Under the pieces are notes generated by a model that did no database searches, was not told the DNA's origin, and was given only the letters and a program-made list of their open reading frames with translations. Both the position numbers and the translations under genes were made by a program. Shown in pieces: positions 13,812 through 24,395 of a stretch of 37,134 nucleotides of DNA. Within the stretch, counting starts at the first letter, position 1; each line of letters opens with the position of its first letter. The DNA is from Octopus sinensis (taxonomy: Eukaryota). The stretch spans positions 1-37,134 of the forward strand of contig NW_021836811.1 of the NCBI RefSeq assembly GCF_006345805.1. The letters run 5' to 3'.

Positions 13812-13862
13812 CCGAGTAAACACATAAATGTGAACAAGGTGAAAAAAGGTACTCAACAATAC

Positions 13863-13918
13863 CAACAAAAACTGTCCGACGAACGGGAACATGAAACTCA
13901 GAGTAACAGGTTTTGTTG
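13863..13918 (+). ncRNA. Minimal type I hammerhead ribozyme-like motif (U4C core, imperfect stem II)
   Basis: Stem I CAACAAAAACTGT/ACAGGTTTTGTTG (12 of 13 pairs); core CCGACGA; stem II ACG-GGAA-CAT (one mismatch); GAAA; stem III ACTC-A-GAGT; H17=A (13905). Confidence 0.65.
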
Positions 13919-13941
13919 AATTTTCTGCTGCTTTAAAAAAA

Positions 13942-13990
<49 letters not shown>

Positions 13991-14059
13991 TTCATGCACT
14001 CAGTTTCTTTCTCCTGATCATCTCATGAAGTTAAAAAGTTAATCTCAAAACATTTCCTT

Positions 14060-14252
14060 CTCTCTCTATTTGCTCCCTCCTATCACTTTCTGTTGATGAG
14101 TGTAGGTTCTAAGCGACAAGGACTGTTCAATTCTTCCCGAACGTTAAACTAATACACCTGCTTGTTGATCTCTCACCTTTCTTCGTCTTTTCTTTTCTGT
14201 GAATTTGAACTATATATAGTTGCCATGCTTGATCGCTAAATCCACAAATTCT

Positions 14253-14298
<46 letters not shown>

Positions 14299-14445
14299 AT
14301 TTTCTCTTATCCCTTTCTGCTGAAAGAGCGTAGGCTCGAAACGTAAAAGACTTTCTCACCTTTCTCACCTTCAAACTAATACACCTGCATGTTGTTCACA
14401 CACCTGTCTTCGTCTTCTGTTTTTCTGTAAATTTCAAATATATTT
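14060..14445 (+). mobile_element. Two tandem units of a Penelope-like terminal repeat bearing an HHR-like motif
   Basis: Unit ...CTTTCTG(T/C)TGA..GAGCGTAGGCTCGAAACGTAAAAG...AAACTAATACACCTGC...TCTTCGTCTT...TTTTCTGT occurs at about 14085 (degenerate) and about 14313; homologous to 25277 and 35346. PLE assignment is inferred from the HHR-like motif. Confidence 0.6.
14313..14349 (+). ncRNA. HHR-like motif, A6C variant
   Basis: CTTT-CTGCTGA-AA-GAGC(GTAG)GCTC-GAAA-CG-TA-AAAG; palindromic ACGT stem III. Confidence 0.5.
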
Positions 14446-14459
14446 ATTTGAAATTTCGC

Positions 14460-14579
14460 TCTCGGAAAGATGAAAGGCAAAGTCAAAATCGGGGGAATTT
14501 GAACTCTGAACGGAGCGACGGGCGAAATATTTCTTAGCATTTTGTCCAGCATGTTAACGATTCTACCAGCTCGTCGCCT
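14460..14579 (-). mobile_element. SINE family A, 5' fragment
   Basis: GAAAGATGAAAGGCAAAGTC...ATTTGAACTCTGAACG...ACCAGCTCGTCGCCT. Confidence 0.8.
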
Positions 14580-14610
14580 CATCACTTTTAAAAATAATAG
14601 TATTAAAATA

Positions 14611-15031
14611 TTGGGTTGTCCGGAATATTCATGCCGATTTATAGTAGCCTACCTTTCGACTTATTTTAGAACATGGTTGAGTCCATAAAATAGGGTTTGA
14701 CTACACCTCCATTTAGAGCACAGTTTAAGCTATCTTTTCGTTACCCCACCCTCCATATTCACTAGATATTGCTCTTTCGGATTTCCACTTATTCAGGTCT
14801 TTTAATGGTAAAAATTTCAATTTCTTTGATGACATAATAAGATACCTTGATGACTTCTTTGCCATGAAACCACCTCAATTCTGGGAAGAGGGTATTTTCA
14901 AGTTAATGGAAAGATGGAGATGCATTGTCAGCAAAATGGTTCATATTTGGTTGATTAAAAATGTAATGGCAAGAATTTATTGACCTGTATCTTTCTTTTA
15001 AAAATCAGTACGAACTTTCCGGACAACCCAA
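14611..15031 (+). mobile_element. Internally deleted mariner transposon
   Basis: Perfect 15-bp TIRs TTGGGTTGTCCGGAA/TTCCGGACAACCCAA with TA on the left. The internal remnant translates as PHPPYSLDIALSDFHLFRS...FFAMKPPQFWEEGIFKLMERWRCIV, the mariner YSPDLAPSD-type C-terminus. Confidence 0.92.
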
Positions 15032-15037
15032 TGAGGT

Positions 15038-15453
15038 TATAATGGACACAGGTTCGTGTGTCATATAGCTAGCTAGAGGCGATGGCCTCTTGGAGCTAAT
15101 CAACGGCAGCTTTCGTCCTATATTAATGGACTGCCATATTAGCTTGGCGATAACTATTAAAAACTAGTGGATGTATTCCACTGAATTTAGGTAAATAGTA
15201 AATAATCCTTCGAACAGACGGTCAGTAGCGTCGCCAGCTAGGTTCGGCTACTCTGCATTGATAAAGGGCAAATACCCTGAAACATGTCTGCAGATGCCTG
15301 ACCAGCAATGGGAAGCGGCTGACCTCCCCTATATAATGGACACAGGTTCGTGTGTCATATAGTTAGCTAGAGGCGATAGCCTCTTGGAGCTAATCAACAG
15401 CAGCTTTCGTCCTATATTTATCGACCGCCATATTAGCTTGGTGATAACTATTA
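15038..15453 (+). mobile_element. 294-bp-period tandem unit (1.4 copies), putative non-LTR retrozyme
   Basis: Direct repeats 15038-15159 and 15332-15453 (122 bp, 7 mismatches) flank a 172-bp segment containing an HHR. Confidence 0.7.
15220..15324 (+). ncRNA. Type I hammerhead ribozyme, U3:A8 core variant with extended stem I
   Basis: TCTGCA-TTGATAA-AGGG(CAAATA)CCCT-GAAA-CATG-TC-TGCAGA at 15252-15294. Stem I continues through a TAC/T bulge to GGTCAGT(15220)/GCTGACC(15324). Predicted GUC cleavage after 15288. Confidence 0.85.
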
Positions 15454-16014
15454 TTATCCGGTACCGCTGCAGTAGTCTCCTTTATAGAGACTTAGAAATA
15501 ATAACATTCCAATAGAAATGAATATAACAATATCTATGTGTATTAAAAGACTAGAATATGTTTACAATTATACGGTCGTTTTGCTCTCAACACAAGATTT
15601 CAAATGAAATCACACGCCAGATAAATACAGCATGCGAGTGAGTGTATATACAAATATGTATCACGAATTTACATACATTATGCAGATGTAGACAAACACA
15701 TACACACACACTTGTGTAAATACAGTCATATGATAGCATACATTTGTTTATATATGTATGTAAGTTTGCATGAATGCATATATGTGTGAATGCATGTACG
15801 CAGGTAGGTGTGTATTTATACCGAAACAAAGTCTATAATTCAGTGACGATGAAAAGAAAATAGGGAAAAATATATAACCATAAAAAGGTTTAAGTAACTG
15901 TATCAAAAACATTGCACCCAAACCTTCTCTCAAACAAAAACTAATGAAATACAAATACGAACAACATAATGTTCCACTTCTTGCCAAATCCAACAAGTAA
16001 TAAAATAGATACAC

Positions 16015-16141
<127 letters not shown>

Positions 16142-16563
16142 GGTAAGTGAGATCGTTCATTGCATACACCGTTTACAGCAGTGACTGTGTGTAATCGGAG
16201 CGTTGTATTTGTGCAGAGCGAGACAAGTCATGCATCCATCGAATAGAGACGGATGAGCAATTAAGGAATTAACAAGTCAAGCGCAGATATTGCCGGTCGT
16301 CATACAAGCATCTACAAGTGTAACGAAACTGCAACAGTGGCTAATAAAAGCAGATGAGTGACGAAGCTGCTTTGACGCTTTATAGTATCTTGATATATAT
16401 ATATATATTTGTATTTTTAATATATATGTGTGTATGTGTGTGTTTTTTTAGCATGTATATATATAGGTAAGTGCATGTATGTATACACATAGACATGCAC
16501 ACATGCAAACATACACACACACACACACACACACACCACACACACACACACACATATATATAT

Positions 16564-16594
<31 letters not shown>

Positions 16595-17045
16595 ATAATA
16601 TTGTTATTAATATCAGGAAATCAATATTAGAACATTCCTCAGAAAGATATATTCGTGTGTAAAATAATTGTTGTATTAAAAATATAAATATATATAAATA
16701 TATATATAATCGCCCGTATTAAATACATAAATACTTTAATAATATTAATATTTTAATACAATTGAGCATTCAATATAAATTCAGTATATAATATTCTCAT
16801 TGAATATATTTAACTAAAGATTTATATATATATTGACTAAATATATTCACCAAAGAATATAATCTAATATTGCGGCATATAAGCTCTTACATTAACGTCC
16901 CAACTAAATCGTTCTCTTTAGATTTAGAACTATAATTTCATAACGCTGTTTTTATTAAACAAACGTGCGTTTCTGCGCTAAATGGAGAAGCGATGACCAG
17001 TGGCAATTGTCTCTGTCTCCGCTTCTCTCTCTTTACACACGCACG

Positions 17046-17076
<31 letters not shown>

Positions 17077-17781
17077 ACACTTGCATATGTATGCATATAT
17101 TCATCTAAATATATATAGTCCCGACTGTGTGCAGCCCTGTGTGGCTAATAAAGAAACATATAGATAAAAATTTACTGAATAATTCTAGATCCCGGATTTC
17201 TGGTTTTGCATTTAGTAATGCTTTGCCTTGTCAATAGAATACACACAGAAGAGAAACATAAATACATATATATATATAAACACAACATACGAATACTTAC
17301 AAGTACGAACGTATATCTGCATATATATGCACGTATGCATCATGGCCAGTTCAAAATGCCCGCCGCTTAATTTCATGTGAGATATGGTCAAAATATCGCC
17401 GCAGTAAATACAGTGACGAAGTAAATTTAAATTTATATAAATGAATAAGGATAAGATCGTTAATTTAGAAATAAAACAACGATTTTATCAAGTGGTCAGC
17501 ATGGAAAAAATAACCTTCAATGGTAATAATTATTAAAATTATAAATTAGGGTATCTACGAGATACCACCAGTTTACTAGTTTCATCTTGTCTCCTTGCTT
17601 TCTCTCCGTGTAGATATATGGACAATTATGGTGGTTTTAGAGTCAGATCACGGTTGCTATTTTCAGCATGGTGGTACGTTCTGAGGGTTAATATATAGAT
17701 CCGCGCCGGGTGGGAAAATGGAAAAGAATATGTGTAACAGGTGTAAGGCATCGTATATTGAAGGAATATGACGAAAAAAAA

Positions 17782-17940
17782 GCGCGCTGACAAAGGGGGT
17801 GGGTGGGGAGGGGTCTCGGAAAATACCCATGATCAACCGTAGAGGATCCGAGAAGTAAACCTCAACACCCGGTCGGATCCTCTACGGTTGACCGTGGGTA
17901 TTTTCCGAGCCCCCTCCCACACCCCCGTTTGTCAGCGCGC
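17782..17940. repeat. GC-rich fold-back (MITE-like) inverted repeat
   Basis: Arms 17782-17851 and 17873-17940 (GCGCGCTGACAAA...CTCGGAAAATACCCA...CAACCGTAGAGGATCCGA and its reverse complement) with a 21-nt spacer. Confidence 0.9.
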
Positions 17941-18024
17941 ATTTTTTTCTCGATATTTGTTGAATACACATTGCATTAGAAGTATTTAGACGGTTTCTGT
18001 TGCGCTCCTGCGACCGGATATTAA

Positions 18025-18180
18025 CCGTTCTGGTTCTGGGTTCGAATTCCATCGAGGTCGACTTTGCCTTTCATCCTTTCGGGATCGATAAATTATGTAC
18101 CATTTGCGTACTGGAGTCGATCTAATCGACTTTCCCCTCCCCCAAAATTTCAGGCCTTGTGCCTAGAGTAGAAAAGAATA
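18025..18180 (+). mobile_element. SINE family A, alternative tail
   Basis: Core GAGGTCGACTTTGCCTTTCATCCTTTCGGG followed by CCCCAAAATTTCAGGCCTTGTGCCTAGAGTAGAAAAGAATA. Confidence 0.85.
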
Positions 18181-18512
18181 GTTAATACCGTTCATATTTT
18201 AAGCTTTTTTGTTTTTAATCTTAAAAAAAAAACAGTTAATACCATTATATGTTATCATTTAAGTCTTGTATTAGTTCTAATATAATTCTAAATTCTTAAT
18301 TCAATATTCTATAAATACCATTATAACGAAGTTTATCTCTTAAGTCGCATTTTACAAGTAACCAAGGGTGTTGCAGATATTATTTTCTTAAAGTCGAAAA
18401 GAACAACACATTTTTGCGAAACCCCCCGCCTCCAAGAGAATTATAGAAAGACAGCAGAAAAAAAATGATGAGAAAACCACCAACTACTATTAACAAGAAT
18501 TATAGACACTAC

Positions 18513-18594
18513 TCTCTTTTCTCTTTTACTCTCTTTTACTTGTTTCAGTCATTTGACTGCGGTCATGCTGGAGCACCGCCTTTAGTCGAGCAGA
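18513..18594 (-). mobile_element. SINE family B, 3' tail fragment
   Basis: Reverse complement of CGACTAAAGGCGGTGCTCCAGCATG...CAAATGACTGAAACAAGTAAAAGAG. Confidence 0.85.
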
Positions 18595-18748
18595 TGTTGT
18601 GGGGAACATATCCTGGTTTATATTCTACAGGGATTGCTTTTATTCTGTACATCGCGATGAGCACAGATCGAAGACCCCAGAGCTCAGAAACTGTTCCAGC
18701 CAGCCGTGACAAGCCCTGTTTAAATATGATTTACTTAGGACTTTATTA

Positions 18749-18930
18749 AGGGGGCACGCTGGCAGAACTGTTCGCAGAATGGATAAAATGCTTAGCGGCA
18801 TTTCTTCCGGCACTTCGTCCTGAGTTCAAATTCCGCCGAGGTAGTTTTATCTTTCGGGGGGTCCGATAAAATAAAGTATCAGAGGAGTACTAGGGTCGAC
18901 GAAATAAGGTAGCCCCATCCCAAAAAATTG
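18749..18930 (+). mobile_element. Degenerate SINE family A
   Basis: GCTGGCAGAA...AAATGCTTAGCGGCATTTC...CTGAGTTCAAATTCCGCCGAGGT. Confidence 0.75.
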
Positions 18931-18931
18931 T

Positions 18932-19239
18932 GAAGGCACATGGCCTAGTGGTTAGAACAGCGGACTCGCGGTCGAGGCATCGCGGGTTCGAATCTCATAC
19001 CGGGCGATGTGTGTGCTTATGAGTGAAAACACCTCAGCTCCACGCGGCTCCAACAGAAAGTAATGGCGAACCTCTGCTGACTCTTTCGCCACAACTTTCT
19101 CTCACTCTTTCCTCCTGCATCCTGCAGCTCACCTGCGACGGACCGGTGTCCCGTACAGGTGGGGAACGTATTCGCCCATGAAACCGGGAAACCGGCCCTT
19201 AGGGGAACCAAGCATGGCTCGAGAAAGGACAAACAACAA
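18932..19239 (+). mobile_element. SINE family C, full length
   Basis: tRNA-like head GGCACATGGCCTAGTGGTTAGA...GGTTCGAATCTCA; body matches 3478-3762. Confidence 0.9.
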
Positions 19240-19529
19240 TCCCACAAATCTGGCCTCTAGCAGAAAACGAATTTAGCATTATATTATCGAATGGACCGCC
19301 CCAATGTTGCTAGATATGACTACAAGCTATTAATCCCACTATATTTCAAAAATGTACTCAACATTTTTTGTTTAAATCTTGTCTGTTACAATATAAAACG
19401 CTTATAAATCGATGGCGTACAGAAAGAGTAAAGCTATTTGCTTCATCGTCCCTTCTTTTTTCTGAAATATCAAGAAGTGTTTGTTATTCCAATCAACTGG
19501 TGTCGATGCGTTACAGGCGTTTTGGAAAT

Positions 19530-19565
<36 letters not shown>

Positions 19566-19809
19566 TATAATATATATTATAGTGTGTGTGTGTGTGTGTG
19601 TGTTTGTGTGTTTGTGTGTGTTCGTGCGTGTGTGTGTGTGTGTGTTCGTGCGTGTGTGTGTGTGCGCGTATCTGCGTGCATACATGTCTGTATACACGCA
19701 TATTATATGCATATATATGCATACACACAGATATACACATGCGTGCAGACATATATACATACATACATATATATACATATATGCACATATATATATTATA
19801 TATTATATA

Positions 19810-19840
<31 letters not shown>

Positions 19841-19900
19841 CGTACATATATATACACATATGCATTATATGTATGTATAAATATTTATGGTATCTGTATG

Positions 19901-19938
<38 letters not shown>

Positions 19939-20370
19939 AATATCCATACGCACACACACACACACACACACACACCACACACACACACACACGCACACGC
20001 ACACACACACACATAAATGACTCGATGACTAGCAAACTTGATTACCAATGCGGAAGTGTTCATTTGAATGTATAATATTTGTTGGAATGAGCTTTTTCCT
20101 GTGCGCAGCGAATGGTGTGACTCATGTTTATGTGTTCATTATAAGGTGTTGGTTGTGCGACGGAGAGTGGCCGAGTGCGATGGAGTGTGGTGGTGTGTGT
20201 TGTAGTGTTGCGCAGGAATGGTGAGTAGCAGCGTATGATGTGATGACTGGTGTGTTTAAAAGTCCCTTGTTCTTGTTGTGTCTTAGTTATTGTTTAACCC
20301 TAGGCGATCCTTGATCATGCTTACATATTATCTCATCTATTCAATACTTGATTATTCTGTGTTTGTTTTA

Positions 20371-21098
20371 CCGAGGGTTGCTGAGAAGTTCCTGGCTTTG
20401 GGTATAAGAAAATACAGGAGGATCAGTTAATTATGATTTTATTCAACATATTCCCCTCTCAGATTCCCATACTTATTGCAACGGTCTTCTGTTTTTCTAA
20501 GCCTGTAAAAGAACCCTTTTAAAATAAAGAACCCTTTTTAAAATAAAATAAAGAAATATAGGCGCAAGAGTGGCTGTGTGGTAAGTAGCTTGCTAACCAG
20601 CCACATGGTTCCGGGTTCAGTCCCACTGCGAGGCATCTTGGGCAAGTGTCTTCTGCTATAGCCCCGGGCCGACCAATGCCTTGTGAGTGGATTTGGTAGA
20701 CGAAAACTGAAAGAAGCCTGTCGTATATATGTATATGTATGTATGTGTATGTGTTTGTACCCCTAGCATTGCTTGACAACCGATGCTGGTGTGTTTACGT
20801 CCCCGTCACTTAGCGGTTCGGCAAAAGAGACCGATAGAATAAGTACTGGGCTTACAAAGAATAAGTCCCGGGGTCGATTTGCTCGACTAAAGGCGGTGCT
20901 CCAGCATGGCCGCAGTCAAATGACTGAAACATGTAAAAGAGTAAAAGAGTAAAAGAGTAACCCTTTTTAAAATAAAACCGAAGGACCGCTGCAATAATTG
21001 TGTAAATCTGAGAGGGGGATACATAGAATAAAATCATAATTAAATGATCCTCCTATATTTTCATTTTACCATAGCCAGGAACTTTTCTGCACTCTCTC

Positions 21099-21099
<1 letters not shown>
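20371..21099. mobile_element. Mariner-type MITE interrupted by a SINE
   Basis: Long imperfect TIRs (GAGGGTTGCTGAGAAGTTCCTGGCT...AGGAGGATCA..TAATTATGATTTTATTC and reverse complement at about 20985-21099), with TA at both ends. Confidence 0.8.
20561..20958 (+). mobile_element. SINE family B, full length, with 19-bp target-site duplication
   Basis: GGCGCAAGAGTGGCTGTGTGGTAAG through (GTAAAAGA)n tail; AACCCTTTTTAAAATAAAA at 20530-20548 and 20959-20977. Confidence 0.92.
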
Positions 21100-21155
<56 letters not shown>

Positions 21156-21159
<4 letters not shown>

Positions 21160-22275
21160 GTCATCCCATAAATGATATGGTTCTTTCAATTGCATGTACA
21201 AGAAGTCGGAGGGGCACGGGATAAACTACCTGCATCAACATGCAAGAAAAGCAGGTAGTATTTTTACCTTGTACTTATTCCTAGTGCAAGTTTTGAAGAG
21301 TGCAGTCCATTATTGTTTCATTGACAAAGGAGCATATTTGGCATATTTTGCTTTATGAGTTCAATAAAGGCAACAACGTAATGGAAAGTGCGAGGAATAT
21401 TGATACAGTATATGGAAATCGGACAATAAGTGTAAGAGAGTGTCAACGGTGGTTCCAGAAATTCCGAGCCGGAATCAGCCTAGAAGACGAGCCACATCCT
21501 GGAGGATTTGTAGAGCTCGACGAGGTCGTCCTTAAAACACTGGTGGAACAAAATCCCATCGTAACTGTAGAGGAACTAACAGAGAAGCTTGGATTTGGTC
21601 ATTCCAGCATTCATCGATACCTGCATGCTATCGGAAAAGTCAGCAAATTGGGTCAATGGGTTTCTCACAATCTTTCCGAGTCTAGTTGCTGGTGGAAAAG
21701 GAATGTGTGCTTTCCTTTGCTGTCACGTCTCACGAATGAACCTTTCTCCGACCGAATAACGACTGGTGACGAGAAATGGGTCCTCTATAAAAATGTCAAG
21801 CACCGAAGACAATGGGCAGAAAAGAAGAAACACCGGCACCCCAGGCTAAAGAAGGTCTTCACCCACGTAATGTGTTCTTATCTGTTTGCTGGGAAATGAA
21901 AGGTTTAGTCCACTTTGGACTTTTAAACCCAAAACCAAATGATAGCAAAGGAGATCTACTGCGAGCAGCTTGAGCGGCCTAAGTCAGCGTTAAAAGACAA
22001 ATGACATTGCCTCATCTGATTATCATTTATTCCACAGTCTTCAAAATCATTTGGACGGAAAAAGATATGAATTTTGTAGACGAGGTTACAACAGTACTGG
22101 AAGAGTATTTTTCGTCACAAATAAAGGAATTTTGGAAGAGGGGCCTTGCAATTCTGCCAGATAGAGAGAAGAGCATTGTAGAAAATGAAGGAGATTATAT
22201 TTTAGATTAAAAAAGAAATTTGTCTTAATTTTTAAAATAAAAGAAATATTAAAAAATCGCATTATTTACTGGATT
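21156..22275 (+). mobile_element. Mariner (DD34D-type) transposon, decayed
   Basis: Left TIR TTGGGTCATCCCATAAAT after (TA)n; degenerate right end; contains the transposase pseudogene. Confidence 0.9.
21300..22210 (+). pseudogene. Mariner transposase pseudogene
   Basis: HTH region (CQRWFQKFRAG..LEDEP), WVSHNL (WVPHEL-like), TGDEKWVLY (first Asp), DIASSDYHLFHSLQNHL (third Asp) and C-terminal EFWKRGL..LP.R...IVENEGDYILD. Frameshifts are present and the HDNARPH segment is deleted. Confidence 0.93.
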
Positions 22276-22287
22276 TATAAACATATA

Positions 22288-23115
22288 CAAGGTGGGTGAA
22301 TATATTGTCGTCTAATTTACGCAAAAATGGAAATAACACTGACATATCATTTTAACAGATATATTTACTAAAATTACATAAAAATATCTTGAAATAGTAA
22401 AGAGTAAATTTATTCAATAAAATCGCCATAGCCTTCAACCACCGCCTCCAGACGACTTCGGAATCTCCTACAACGCTTCTGGGCGGTCTCCTTGTTTAAG
22501 TTGGTGGATGCTACCATAATCTTTGCTTTCAGTTCATCTTTGGTGTTACAAGGAGTTTTGTTGGTCTCTCACTCAACTGTGCCTATAATAATCAAGGAGG
22601 TTGCAGTCTGGGGAGTTAGGTGGCCAGATGTTAGGGGTGACGTGGTCGCAGAAATTGCTTGATAGCCATGACTGGGTTCTCCTGCTTGTGTGACATGATA
22701 GAGAGCCTTATTGCCAGACAGGGTCTTCAAGCCCTCACCCTCTTCACCCAGGGCAGCACTACCTCCTCCAGGTACTTGATGCAGGCCTTCGTGTTTAATC
22801 TGGGGTCGTGTGGGAAGCTGAATGGAGGCATAACGTGGCAGTCATTAGTGATCACTCCAAACACCATGATCTTGACTGGATGTTTGATTTTTATCACTCT
22901 CGGTACATGGTTTCTGGACACGGCAAATCAACGGTTGTTCGGTGTGTTTACCATCTGTTCGCATTGAAGCTTCCGGTGCGAATAGTAAGCAGTACAGCAT
23001 GTCGTTTCCAAATTTCAGGCAGAGTGAATTGCATCATGGTACTGTTTTTCTCACAGACGGTGCTCAACTGTACCTACTAAACTGTGTAGTCGACAATATT
23101 AAAAAACAAAGTACA
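22288..23115 (-). mobile_element. Tc1/mariner superfamily DD37D (maT-like) element, internally deleted
   Basis: The minus strand encodes KHPVKIMVFGVIT...WQ*GSLSCHTSRRTQSWL...IWPPNSPDCNLLDYY...FRSRLEAVVEGYGDFIE* (stop at 22410-22412). There are 37 residues between the degenerate second Asp position and LDY. Similar ATATTGTCG(T/A)CTA motifs lie at both ends. Confidence 0.85.
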
Positions 23116-23193
23116 TGCACGATATTAAAAATATAAAATGGCGACATTTACCCATCATAGCTTATATGTGTATATATATATGTATATATATAT

Positions 23194-23242
<49 letters not shown>

Positions 23243-23265
23243 ATATATACATATATATATGTATG

Positions 23266-23328
<63 letters not shown>

Positions 23329-23332
23329 GTTA

Positions 23333-23371
<39 letters not shown>

Positions 23372-24211
23372 GTATATATATATAATATTCTTTTATTCAT
23401 ATCTATGTATACATATATATATATCTATATATATACATAGATATGTATAGAAGAATATTATATATGTGTGTTTGTGTGTGTGCGTGTAATTATGAGCCTG
23501 TGTGCTTGGGTGAAAATATGATTCGAGGCTGTTGGCGTATTTGGTATATTACCGTGACCTCTTTTAACATTTAGAGCTGTCCAACACCTGTTCCATGCAA
23601 TATGAATTCCATAAAGGTATGGAAAAATAGAAAAAACCAAAAAGTAATTTCATAATACCCATTCTATTTTCGTCCGCAAAGAAAAGAATTATATTCTTCC
23701 TTATTAATTGCTCGTCTTTATTTTATCACTCTGCCAATTCTTGCCTTATTTTAATTCATTGCAGCAGATAATGAGTGCAAAATATTCCCATGTGGTCTCC
23801 AAGAAGATCAAATAAAAATTTATCGCTTTAGGGTTTACAGTTGGATTGGAAAACAGACAGAAAAAAGCCCTCGTTGACACGCTGCTTTGTTGTAATGCTG
23901 TATTTTCATTGGCTTACATGAATGCAAAATCAAAAGGTTTGCTAGGTATAGTTTTCTACTGCTATATATATACATTTATATAGATGCATTTACATGTGTG
24001 AGTGTCTATATATATATGTATATATATGTGTGTGTGTTGTATATTCATGTTCATAACTGTGTATATATACAGATATTTAAAGGTGTGTATACGCTTGTGT
24101 GTATGTATGCATGTATGTATGACAGCATGTACGTGTATATATTTATATATGTATTAAATACATATGCATATAAGTATATATATATGTGTGTGTGTGTGTG
24201 TATTTTTCTTT

Positions 24212-24395
24212 AATTCTTTTATTTGTTTCAGTCGTTTCACCGCGGCCATGCAGGAGCACCGCCTTTAGTCGAACAAATCGACCCTGGGACCTGCTCTTGG
24301 TAAGTCTGGTACTTATTCTATCGCTCTCTATTGCTGAAACGCTAACGTACGGAACGTTAAACAACTTTTGTCAAACAATGGTGAGGAGACAAACA
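24212..24395 (-). mobile_element. SINE family B, 3' half
   Basis: GGCCATGCAGGAGCACCGCCTTTAGTCGAACAAATCGACCC...GTACTTATTCTATCG. Confidence 0.85.
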
